DNA of 64,000 nucleotides from Macrostomum hystrix (taxonomy: Eukaryota > Animalia > Platyhelminthes). The DNA is taken from assembly GCA_950097015.1 (NCBI GenBank), contig CATNEN010000026.1:124001-188000 (forward strand), written 5' to 3'. A model generated the notes under the pieces. That model made no database searches, had not been told where the DNA came from, and saw only the letters and a program-made list of their open reading frames with translations. The position numbers and the translations under genes were made by a program. Of the stretch, positions 1 through 11,248 are shown piece after piece (position 1 is the first letter of the stretch; every line of letters begins with the position of its first letter).

Positions 1-1924
1 AGTTTCCCACTTAATAGGAGTAGTAGTTATTTATTATACCAATAAATATTATACCCATATTATTATAAAGGTAGGCCCTATATATAATCTATAACAATAG
101 TATATAAACTACAAGTACATAGCAATTTTTTAGAATGAATGCTGACGTTTTAGCAATAATTTCAATTCAAATTAGATTGGCTGATGACCTAAAAACCTTA
201 AAGAAAAAAGAATGGCCTACTAAGCAAAAAACAATATCAAGTAAGATATACTAATAACCTTTAATTATTTTTTGTACTTCACAAAGTCTATATCAAATAA
301 GTCAGTCGAGGCTGAAATTCTTTGGAGCAAGGGCTTCTATGTCACATAACAAATAATTGTTTTACTTGGCCTTAGTATAAAAAATAACTAGTTTTACAAA
401 TAGCTAACTACTAAAAAATTGTGAGCCAGTTCTATACAGTCAGAGTATGGTTAGAAATATAAATAGCTACATTTAAACTTGAGTTTAACACTTAAGGGTT
501 TAAGGAATAGGACCCCAATGGATGTAACTAAATAATGGGCCAGATATTTAATAATTGAAACTAAACAGTTCCATATAAATTATATGGAAACAGAGTGTAA
601 ATACAAAATTATTCATGTGCAGAACCTTAGTGTATATACACCTTAGTGTATATATAGAATGTGTATATTTTTTATGATACTGTCTCTAATGTCCAATACA
701 GTTTATTTTATATAGCTCAGAGTGTAGGACTCATATCATTTCTTTAATGGAATATTCAAGTGCTCGAATTCTTAAATAAAATCTTACAGGTTGACATTAT
801 TGCGCATTTAACTTTATCATTACTCTATGGTTACACACAATAAAGGGGATTGTATAGCAAGCTGTCTCACATGCATGCCATTGCCAGTCAGCCAATTCAC
901 TGGTGCTTATGGGCTCTGACAGAGCGTGAATAGTACGTGCACATTGTCTGCAGAGACTAATTTAATTTTGTTCACTAAATAGAAAATATGAACAAAATAT
1001 AAGTTACGAAATGCATTATTTATGCTAAAACAAAGTGACTTCGAAATCTAGATTAAAACAGTTTTCTATGAATAGATATGGCCTTATTTTAAAGATTTTT
1101 TTCTCGACTTAATTTTAGGCAATTTAAAGTCTTAATTAGACTATGTTGCACTTTCTCTAATTCTACAATAAAAATCAATGATATATCATTAAAAAAACTG
1201 AAAATTATGTGCCTCAATCTCAATCTTTACACCCAAAACAAAAATACTTAAAAAATCAAAGCCTTATGAATACGTCAAAAACTGACGTCCAGTGGACTTT
1301 CTGGCAACGTCCTTTGTATATATGGGAAAACTATATTGCCTAATATATATTATATAAATATGCTTGTTTATTTTTATCATTGTTCAAAATAACCTTTGAA
1401 ATACAAAATGAATCATTTTCTTCGTATGGCCAAAAAGTAGTATAAAGGCTTAACTGGACAAGATGTATATTTTAAGGGAATGCGCTGCATTTTATATATA
1501 ATGACAATATTTTATAGACAATCATCATATTACAGAATAGGTGACTATTGACCCAATTTCTTCCTGAGTTCATGACTATGCTTTAAATGCATAGTAAGAG
1601 TCATGTCTGCCATAGTATGAAATGTAAACATATTTGCTCATTTATGTCCCACTATAGGGCCATTAACTCCCTCCCTATGGACAATTAGACGTTGTTTGAC
1701 TAGGCTATAGAAAAATGTGTATATATTGGCAAATATATATATAATAAACAGTTTTAAGACAACTCTAGTAACAATATAGGTAATTATATAGTTAGACTAT
1801 TTATCTAGCATATGCATGCATCTATTCACAATCAGCAGCTTTTTTAGAGCCTACTGAAAGTAGTTTCGTCTGTCTATTTTCAATGCTTCTCTTCTTGTAA
1901 TACTGCTGCTTTAACTGTTTTTAG

Positions 1925-3242
1925 GAGTTGGAAAGAGTGCTCTGCTATTGCGCTACACAGATGACACTTTCTCAAGCAACTACATCACTACAATTGGCGT
2001 GGATTTCAAAATAAAAACTCTTGACATAGAAGGAGTAAGAGTTAAGCTGCAGATATGGGACACAGCTGGTAAGTTCTTTTGTATTTTATGGTGTCATTAT
2101 TTATGTTTTTTATTAAGAAAGCAAGCAAAGTTTTATTTTATTCACTACTAAAAGTGATTGCTATTTTTGTATGTTAGTCGATAACAAAACTAATAAGCTC
2201 ATGAGAATATAGAGTATAGACCAATGAAAGAGCCAGGGAGTACATTTTGATCAGTTAGAGCAAGAGCTGTGAGCTGTCACGAAAATCGTAGTTATGTTAT
2301 TATTTTGGTAGCCATACAAATATCAAAGAAGAATAACTTTCAGATCCTAAAATGTTGCTATCTGCTTTGTTTACCTCGCCTGTGCAGGTCAAGAACGATT
2401 TCGCACCATCACGGCAACCTATTATCGTGGAGCTCACGGCATCATTGTAGTCTACGATGTCAATTCCGGGCCGACATTTGCCAATGTGAAGCGCTGGTTC
2501 GAAGAGATCAATAATAATTGTCCTACAAATGTTTCCAAGTTGCTTGGTAAGTTGATTTGCTAATTAACATTTCTCTATGGTTCGACAATTACGTACATTA
2601 GTTTATCTGTTTTTTTTCAGTTGGCAACAAGAATGATAGCCCAGAATCCAAAGCGGTTGCTACATCGGATCTGAAAACAGTTGCTAACGAATACGGCGTT
2701 CCGTGGGTTGAGACCTCGGCTAAGGATAATATCAACGTAGACTTGGTGAGGCTAGGTTTCATTCTCAATTCCAAGGCTTTGAGAACATTGAAATATATTT
2801 TAACCGTAGAACGACAAGAACCACAATTATAACCATTTCATAATGTTACCATGTCGGCCATCATTCTTAACTAATTTGGGTTGATTAAATTGTTAATGTT
2901 TTCATTTTTAGACCAATAATATTGATTCGCCAAAAAAATTATACTCAGCAATGTAAAAATGACACCTGGTTCAATTGTCATTTTGGTTTGGGAGCTATCG
3001 TGGTGTAGGCAGTGGATATTTGGAATACCTCCGTGGGATTTCCCCCAGGTGGTTTTTTGGAAAATGACTATTCGATATTATTTCTCCAGATGTTTCGCAC
3101 CATCACTTCGGAGATTCTGAAAACCAAAGGCGCGCAGAGTGCTTCAGGCAGCGGCGCCGACGGCGGCGGTACTGGCGGCGGTGTGCGCATCACCCGGGTG
3201 AATCCGGGCAATTCCGGGCAATCAAAGAAGAAGTGCTGCTAG
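1925..3242 (+). CDS. rab35: Rab35-like small GTPase, 5'-partial (first coding exon not found in window)
   Basis: Exons 1925-2068, 2388-2546, 2621-2745, 3090-3242, all GT-AG and phase-consistent. Motifs GVGKS, TIGVDFK, WDTAGQERF, YYRGAHG, GNKND, ETSAK; C-terminal CC prenylation site. [13 protein letters not shown] and [10 protein letters not shown] resemble Rab35 more than Rab1 (recalled, not searched). Confidence 0.85.
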
Positions 3243-4029
3243 CTTTAGCCGACAATGTTAAAAATGTGAACTATATTGTGAACTGTGTCCTTATTTATTG
3301 AATTCCGTACACTTTTAACCTGTGTATACTAAATCTAAGCTGTTTTTTGCTTCCTTTTTTTGTTCCTCAAAAATTCGATTGCAATGTACCAGTTGTGCTT
3401 CCAGATTACCTTATGTCATATACTTAGTATTTGTTTATGCTTTAATCAATGAAGGAATTAACTTGCTTTGGTCTAAATTTTTGTCAATAGTCACGGAGCG
3501 TATAGTCGCTTCCATTGTCTTCATAGAATCTTGTAGCGTTGTTTTTGTCAAATTTATTTGCTGTCAATAAGTGATTTAACTTTAATTCCAAGGTCAGAAA
3601 ATTTGCTTATAAAAATTGTTATCACTAGCTGATCAAAGCTTGTGGTAATGGCGGCTTGTTGAATCCGCAGTCTATTTGTTTCTCCACAAACTTAAAAATG
3701 CTAGTTATATTGGATCGCTACTGTTGATTGGTTCTTTTGTTTTGTAAAGGTATCATTTATTTACAGCTCTCCATGGTTATGCACTACAAGCTATGACAAT
3801 AGTAATAAATATGTTCCTTATCGATGTTTGTGATATTCCGCATATTTGGTCGTTCAACTTTCAGTTGTCTGCTTATTATTTAGTTGTGGATGTATCTTGG
3901 TTTGTTGCTGCATTGTTGTTTTGAAAACCCTGTTGTAGATCATTCAACATTTGAAAGAAGCTAGTTTTTATGAAATAGTCATCGATAGCAAGATAAGGAT
4001 AATAGCAACACCGTAGCCAGAAAAAGCTA

Positions 4030-4575
4030 GAATCGTAGCCAGAATCGTAGCAACAAAGCATGGCCAGAATCGTAGCCAGAATCGCAGCAAGAAGCATAGC
4101 TAGAATCGTAGCCAGAATCGCAGCAAGAGTCATCGCCAGATTCGTAGCAAGAATCATAGCTAGAATCGTAGCAAGAAGCATAGCCAGAATCGTAGCAAGA
4201 AGCATAGCCAGAATCGTAGCAAGAAGCATAGCCAGAATTGTAGCAAGAAGCATAGCCAGAATCGTAGCAAGAAGCATAGCCAGAATCGTAGCAAGAAGCA
4301 TAGCCAGAATCGTAGCAAGAAGCATAGCCAGAATCGTAGCAAGAAGCATAGCCAGAATCGTAGCATGAAGCATAGCCAGAATCGTAGCAAGAAGCATAGC
4401 CAGAATCGTAGCAAGAAGCATAGCCAGAATCGTAGCAAGAAGCATAGCCAGAATCGTAGCAAGAAGCATAGCCAGAATCGTAGCAAGAAGCATAGCCAGA
4501 ATTGTAGCAAGAAGCATAGCCAGAATCGTAGCAAGAATCATAGCCAGAATCGTAGCATGAATCATAGCCAGAATT
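4030..4575. repeat. 24-bp minisatellite (AGCATAGCCAGAATCGTAGCAAGA), ~22 copies, between Rab and TRIM genes
   Basis: Visible tandem array; explains periodic ORFs 3876-4565, 4060-4368, 4160-4534, 4365-4580. Confidence 0.95.
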
Positions 4576-5014
4576 TATGAATAGATATGAAGCTAGAATT
4601 AGAGCATATCATATTTTATTTATCGAGACTCAATCTTAAGTGCGAACTTATCACCACATTAGCAAATCGGCAAGATGCTCCCTATTTCACGCCTCAGATT
4701 CCTATTTTGATTTTACCGTTTTATTTTCAACAGAAATCAATCCCGCTATTGACAAGTTTATATTCCAATTTATTTTAAGAAACTATACACTAAACATTTA
4801 TTTAGATGTTGAATTCTGTTTTGTAAGAATTTAAAATCCGTTTATTATGGGCTCCTGATTTTAAAGGCTTACAACTTTTGCCATTATTCAGAAATAAATT
4901 GTAGAATATTATCTTAGAAAACATCTAAATTACTACTTTACTTTTTAAAGTTAGTAGTATCTAGCAAAGTAACAACCTCTCCTCGTTACAACTTCCCTGC
5001 TTAAGAGAGAGTCT

Positions 5015-8000
5015 ATGGCTTTGATCCAGCTTTACCGGCTAGAGGTTACCGAACCTAGTTTTTTGAAAAGTTATTTTTGCTAATTTCAGAATAAACGGTC
5101 AGGCAACATAGAGCAGACGGAGGTTGATCCCGAGCTCTGCTGCGGCATCTGCCAAAGTATTTACACTGACCCGCGCGTCCTACAATGCGGCCATTCATTC
5201 TGTCTTGGCTGCATTCGCCAGTGGGTTCAGAATCGGCCAATCTGTCCCATTTGCCGCGGCCCCGGGCCCAGTGTGTTCGCTGTTGATAGCTTGCCGCGCA
5301 ATTTCACAGTGGCTAGCCTTGTGAGTCGAGCATTCTTTCCAACTTCCCAGTCTGTGTGGGCTGTTATCCCTAACTTCCTAGTCTGTGTGGGCTGGTATCC
5401 CCAACTTCCCAGTCTGTGTGGGCTGTTATCCCCAACTTCCCAGTCTGTGTGGGCTGTTATCCCCAACTTCCCAGTCTGTGTGGGCTGTTATCCCCAACTT
5501 CCCAGTCTGTGTGGGCTGTTATCCCTAACTTCCTAGTCTGTGTGGGCTGTTATCCCTAACTTCCCAGTCTGTGTGGGCTGTTATCCCTAACTTCCTAGTC
5601 TGTGTGGGCTGTTATCCCCAACTTCCCAGTCTGTGTGGGCTGTTATCCCCAACTTCCTAGTCTGTGTGGGCTGTTATCCCCAACTTCCTAGTCTGTGTGG
5701 GCTGTTATCCCCAACTTCCTAGTCTGTGTGGGCTGTTATCCCCAACTTCCCAGTCTGTGTGGGCTGTTATCCCCAACTTCCCAGTCTGTGTGGGCTGTTA
5801 TCCCCAACTTCCTAGTCTGTGTGGGCTGTTATCCCCAACTTCCTAGTCTGTGTGGGCTGTTATCCCCAACTTCCTAGTCTTTGTGGGCTGTTATCCCCAA
5901 CTTCCTAGTCTTTGTGGGCTTTTATCCCCAACTTCCTAGTCTGTGTGGGCTGTTATCCCCAACTTCCTAGTCTGTGTGGACTATTATCCCCAACTTCCTA
6001 GTCTGTGTGGGCTGTTATCCCCAACTTCCTAGTCTTTGTGGGCTGTTATCCCCAACTTCCTAGTCTTTGTGGGCTTTTATCCCCAACTTCCTAGTCTGTG
6101 TGGGCTGTTATCCCCAACTTCCTAGTCTGTGTGGACTATTATCCCCAAATTCCTAGTCTGTGTGGTCTGTTATCATCAACTTCCCAGTCTGTGTGGACTG
6201 TTATCCCCAAATTCCTAGTCTGTGTGGACTGTTATCCCCAAATTCCTAGTCTGTGTGGACTGTTATCCCCAAATTCCTAGTCTGTGTGGGCTGTTATCCC
6301 CAACTTCCTAGTCTGTGTGGACTATTATCCCCAACTTCCTAGTCTGTGTGGGCTGTTATCCCCAACTTCCTAGTCTTTGTGGGCTGTTATCCCCAACTTC
6401 CTAGTCTTTGTGGGCTTTTATCCCCAACTTCCTAGTCTGTGTGGGCTGTTATCCCCAACTTCCTAGTCTGTGTGGACTATTATCCCCAAATTCCTAGTCT
6501 GTGTGGTCTGTTATCATCAACTTCCCAGTCTGTGTGGACTGTTATCCCCAAATTCCTAGTCTGTGTGGACTGTTATCCCCAAATTCCTAGTCTGTGTGGA
6601 CTGTTATCCCCAAATTCCTAGTCTGTGTGGACTGTTATCCCCAACTTCCCAGTCTGTGTGGACTGTTATCCCCAACTTCCCAGTCTGTGTCGGCCTCTTT
6701 TGCTCTAGTTGTTGAGAAAAAACGATGTGTTTTAGTTTTGTAGTTTTGTACTTCAACAATTTCAAGGTAAGTCGTGCTAATTACGACGCGTACTCAGCGA
6801 GCATTGTTAGCGGCGCCACCGCCGCCCCATCTGCCGTGTCCGCCGCGGCGTCCGCAGCCACCGCTGGCACCGGCGCCAGCTCGCTAGGCAACTCGTGCGC
6901 TCAATGCAACCGGGGCGGGGCGCGCGATAGTCACGGCCGGCGTCAAGTCTCCTGCGAAGTCTGTCGCCACTGCTGGCGCCAACTGTGCGGCAATTGCATG
7001 CTGGATCACGTGCTTCTTCTGAGGGATAATCTGCGCAAGCGCGTTGAAGAATTGCGCTCCGATGCGCGCCTTCACTGCGGCGGTATGCGCATCCTGACAG
7101 AGTCGGCAACCGAGTGGCAGCTGGTTCTTAGTAGCCTGTCCAGCTTGCGCGACACTGTCAATAGCGTGATGGGTAAAGCCGAGGAATACTCCAGGGGATG
7201 GAATGGCGCCGCCAATAGTCAGCCAGCTGTTGAACTACTGGCCATCGCCCAGGAGGCCAAGCAGGCGGCTAAGGAGACTTTCGATCCAATCCTGAGCGAT
7301 CCAGTTGAACTAGCTAGTAGGTCGGCCTCGATCGACTGCCTCAGCCAGCGTCTGCGCGAGGCCGAAGCCAAATTCGCCGTACCGGAGCTGCGTTCTAGCT
7401 ACCCTGGCGGCCTAACTGGCCTCCTAATGTCTGTGCCGCAAGCTCTAGAGGCGGTCGACTTTTTGAAAGAAGCGATCGAACGCCTGCCGGAGCCGCCGAC
7501 TGTGTCGACGGTCGAATCTGCCGCCGCCAATGTGGCCGCCCAGTTTGGCGCCCCGACTGTGTTAGCTGAGTCGGCCGCCTCGGCAAATGCTGGTTAGCAG
7601 CCAAATTCGGACGCTAATTAGGGACCATATCTTTGTTGCTTTACTATAAGTAGTAAAGCTTGGGCAGGTCTGAATCTTTAATCTCAGTCCAGGAAGGGTT
7701 TCCGTGTCTTTGAGCAAGACACTGCCCCAATGTGCTCCATATTCAGTTAATAGTAATAATAAATAATTGAGGAGGGCTGTGGGCACTGAAGTATATTTTG
7801 GTGACAATGGAAATTTCCCTATTTAACTAACTCCTGAGCACACGGATACCGTATTATTCAGGCACACCCTCACACAGGTGTGTACATCTGTCCTGCCTTT
7901 CTCAGGCAGAGCACACTCTAACTGTGCCTACTGTGCCTTGGAGGTTGGCCCTTAAGGGGCGTAAATTGCACGACAAGCCCCCAAGCCTTGTCTTCGCGGC

Positions 8001-9557
8001 TGCGCCCCAGATTAATGTGGCCTCGCCGCGGAATCGAGCTCAGGGACCTTGCCCCGCCTGTGGCACTGGTTGCACACCTGGGTGTAATTGTACGAGTACT
8101 AGGTGTAATATCTCTATCTACGAGTATAAATAGCAGTATATATTTGCATTTCTCTCTCATTTCGCAGTATCGCCGGGCCTAATTTTGCGCCGACTGATGA
8201 AGAATTTTCTTAACGATGGATTCTGCTGCGCCGTATTGAAATTGGGCGACTACTCCAGCAGTATGTTGCGAGACGTCCCAGACAACTCTAGCAAGGAGGA
8301 TTTGGGCTACGTTTATTGCATTATGGCCGAGGCTAATCGGCGATTGGCCAGGATTGAGCAGGCTGCTCGCAATCTAAGCGACGCATTTCGCGAATTCGGC
8401 GACGTGGGCCTAAAAGACGGCGTACTAGTTTTGCCGGTTCTGGCTGCTGTGCTCAAAGAATTGATTGAAAACAATGATGATAACGAAGCCAACGTGCTGT
8501 GCGACTCTGTGCTGGCCGCATTCGTTCAATTGGTTAGTAACCGATGTCTAACATAGACTGCATATTCTGCTTGACCCCTGAGCACACAGTGAGCACACAC
8601 AGAGAAGAGTACATCCACCAACACTTTCTCATCATCAGGCTGTGTACAAAATCACTGTGCATTGAATATGGGCCCTCCTGAGCTCAGGGACCTTGGCGCG
8701 ATAGTTCTGTATCTCCAAAAATATTAAACCAATCGCAATGAAAATCCAGGACACATTTAAAATTTTCCGCTCTATTTGATGAAACAACAGCCAGAATTAC
8801 AAAACCTCGGTATCGTCAGGATAATTCAACGATTCTCGTCGGGTTGGGATGCCTGGTGGCAAAAATAGGCATAATTTTTCTGCTCACGAAACTTCATCAT
8901 GTAACCATGGCAACCATGTCGGCTATTAATTGCTGATTATATTGGATACCATCGCGAAGTAGGCAGCGAGTATTTGAAACACCCGGCGGTATTTCAACTA
9001 CTAAGGGATTTTTATTTCTCCCGCAGAGTGCGCTTTGGAACGAACCACGAATCGGCGCCCTAGCAACCGAGTATCGCCAGCAGCAGCCAGTTGAAGGCCT
9101 GCTAGACATCCTGCTGAATATTGTTCACCAAATGCTGCCGCCTCCGGATGCACCAAATGAGACTAACAAAATCCTGGCTAGGGCTATGCTCAATATTCGA
9201 CTGGCCAAGGCTCGCAATCTGGTTTATAAGCGGTCGTTCATAGCCGCGGAGACCGCTCTCATCCAGGTGTTGCGCTACGGCGGCAGTCCTTGTCGCCGGG
9301 TCTGCCAGCTAATTAACATCAACATCAGTATGATGGATGACGACGAGATTGACAGCGGTGACGGGCCGTTTGACTTCAGCGAAGAACTGGCCGACCTAGA
9401 TTGGAACTCGGTGGCCTCGCCGGACCTCCTACTGGTCATGGCCAGTGTCGGCCGCAGCCTGGCTGACGTATTGAGAGAATTGGGTCGCTCGGCTCGCTGC
9501 TGCGCGCTTGTGAGGGAGTGGGCCATCCATGCCGAGGCTGCTGCCAATATTCAGCAT

Positions 9558-9614
<57 letters not shown>
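5015..9614 (+). CDS. TRIM-like protein: RING, B-box, coiled coil, TPR-like helical C-terminus, polyQ tail (~680 aa)
   Basis: Proposed exons 5015-5044 (tentative ATG exon), 5090-5320, ~6767-7592 (acceptor uncertain), 8168-8532, 9027-9614. RING: CGICQSIYTDPRVLQCGHSFCLGCIRQWVQNRPICPICR...LPRNFTVASL. B-box-like: CEVCRHCWRQLCGNCMLDH. Phases join 7592/8168 (phase 1) and 8532/9027 (phase 0). Confidence 0.75.
5337..6690. repeat. 31-bp minisatellite (AACTTCC[C/T]AGTCTGTGTGGGCTGTTATCCCC), ~43 copies, filling the intron after the RING exon
   Basis: Starts ~16 bp after the donor at 5321; includes a 341-bp (11-unit) higher-order duplication. Confidence 0.95.
7665..7745 (+). mobile_element. Degenerate SINE body fragment (family A)
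   Basis: GTGTCTTTGAGCAAGACACT resembles GTGTCCTTTAGCAAGGCACT in the SINE at 10574-10830. Confidence 0.4.
7831..8085 (-). mobile_element. tRNA-derived SINE-like element, family B, copy 1
   Basis: Shares CTCCTGAGCAC, ACTGTGCCTTGGAG, CAAGCCCCCAAGCCTT and GCGGAATCGAGCTCAGGGACCTTG blocks with 8576, 23836 and 25817; the minus strand has a B-box-like GAGCTCGATTCC. Confidence 0.7.
8576..8700 (-). mobile_element. SINE family B, internally deleted copy
   Basis: CCCTGAGCACAC...CTTTCTCATCATCAGGC...ACTGTGC...GAGCTCAGGGACCTTGG matches the other copies. Confidence 0.6.
9558..9611 (+). repeat. (CAG)18 microsatellite encoding the terminal polyQ of the TRIM-like protein
   Basis: Pure CAG run immediately followed by TAG. 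Confidence 0.95.
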
Positions 9615-9628
9615 CAGCGCTGAATTGA

Positions 9629-9698
9629 GTCCTTAACTGAGACTCGAACTCCCGACCTCCCGTTCATGAGTGCGATTCTCTAACCACTAACCGCAAGC
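9629..9698 (-). mobile_element. Solitary tRNA-like (Met, CAT-type loop) SINE head or tRNA pseudogene
   Basis: Minus strand TTAGTGGTTAGAGAATCGCACTCATGAACGGGAGGTCGGGAGTTCGAGTCTC: A box, CTCATGA loop, B box; anticodon and acceptor stems poorly paired. Confidence 0.55.
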
Positions 9699-10573
9699 TT
9701 CCTTTTTGTTATATTTTAGTGGGTTGGTTTGAAAAGAGGAAATAACTTTTTGTAAGAGTTGGTCTGTTTGCATCGACTCATCCTTAGTCGTATTATTTTT
9801 CGTTCTTTTGTTGAGATTTATTCTTGAATGAATAATTACAAATAAGACTAATATTACTAATATAATTCATTGGAAAAAAACTACATGCAACACATTTTGA
9901 GCCATCTTTTCTGCTCATGTTGCTCATACCCCGGCAGCAGCTGCTATAAAACAATTGTCGCTGATCAATCTGGTTTCTGTTGTTAATATTATTAGCTTGT
10001 TTTATTGCTTAACGGCTAGTTTAAGTTTTTGGTTAGGTTTTTAAAATGCTTATCTATAAAGCGAGAGTTATAATAATGCTCTGATTTGCTTGCTTATTGC
10101 AGATGGTGCAATTGCCAATGTTAGCTCTGTCCTGTTCTGCATTAATATGTGTTACAATATGTATGTTAATCGAATACCAGCCTATAATAGATATTTAAAT
10201 CCATTGAGATGCAAGAATCCTTATCCTTTTTCTATTGATGTTCAAGCTCAATATTAAGATGAGTTTTGATAAAAAACCTGCATTCATTGTATCTCAATCG
10301 TTGTTTGAAGAATGGTTTACAACGTTTTTGTTTTTTTTTCCATTCCATTTTTAAGGTTCTACTTTGTTGATTTGCTTCTACAATTTATGAAGCAAGTCGG
10401 TAATTTTGCATTAAGCCAGTCCTATTCCAGATCTTTTTCTCTATTGTTTTTCCTTCTCTAAAAATTTATACTCAAAGCCACAGTTTTCAGCAGCAATTTA
10501 ACATCTTTTGATGTCTAATTTTCTTTCGATCCGCTTAGTTTTTGTTTATTTTTATTTAATAATGAAGCTATTG

Positions 10574-10830
10574 TAGCCTAGTAGCCTAGCCTAGGAGCGT
10601 CGGACTCACGACTAGAAGGTCGGGGGTTCGTTTCCCGGCTCCACTGAAACAATCTGTGTCCTTTAGCAAGGCACTCAGTTCTACATCGATTCATTTTACC
10701 CGGCTGTTAAATTGTGGTTGAGTGTGGCTTCCTCCCCAGTCCATGGACAGAACAGCCGCACGCTCGTAGCTGCGGCTGTGCTGTCGACTGCACATCTGGC
10801 CCAAGTCCGGGCAGGTGTAATCAATTATAA
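10574..10830 (+). mobile_element. tRNA-derived SINE, family A, near full length
   Basis: tRNA-like head (TAGCCTAG...GGGTTCGTTTCCC), central GTGTCCTTTAGCAAGGCACT box, body with CAGTCCATGGACAGAACAG, AT-rich tail. Confidence 0.7.
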
Positions 10831-10944
10831 ATAATAGAATTATTATAAGGAATAAACTTTATCGAGAATAAATACTGTATTTGGTTATACATTTATATTG
10901 GTGAAAAAGCAAGATTGACACCAGCGGTTTTTTAACAATTTTAG

Positions 10945-11045
10945 TCTAGTGTTTAGAGCGTTTGATTCACGACTAGAAGGTTACGGGTTCGATTCCCGTC
11001 TTAACTGAAAAAATGCTTCGTTTAGCAAGGTTATTTACTCTGTTG
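10945..11045 (+). mobile_element. SINE family A, 5' portion
   Basis: TCACGACTAGAAGGT..GGGTTCGATTCCCG...ACTGAAA...TTTAGCAAGG shared with the 10574 copy. Confidence 0.65.
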
Positions 11046-11248
11046 CTAGATAGGTTCCAATTTTAATAAGTTTTAATAATGCAGGAAGCTACAGCCATAG
11101 AAACTATGTGATTTTAAGACAATTTCTCTTGTTGCATCCTCAAGTTGCGAGTTATACATAGAATATTCCTATCCAATTTTATATTCTCTTGAATTTACAG
11201 GTTCAGTAATAACAGATTGGCACCATCTGGAAATCAATAAGGAAGAAT

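Noticed and set aside
3876-4565. 229-aa minus-strand ORF running from the array into unique sequence
   Set aside because: Mostly array-derived. The unique tail (MLNDLQQGFQNNNAA...) has no recognisable domain or supporting upstream exon.
7918-8182. Short ORFs at 7918-8182, 23890-24147 and 25804-26104
   Set aside because: They overlap copies of SINE family B; their similarity to one another reflects the repeat, not a protein family.
9629-9698. Functional tRNA-Met gene
   Set aside because: Acceptor and anticodon stems do not pair properly, and it resembles local SINE heads.
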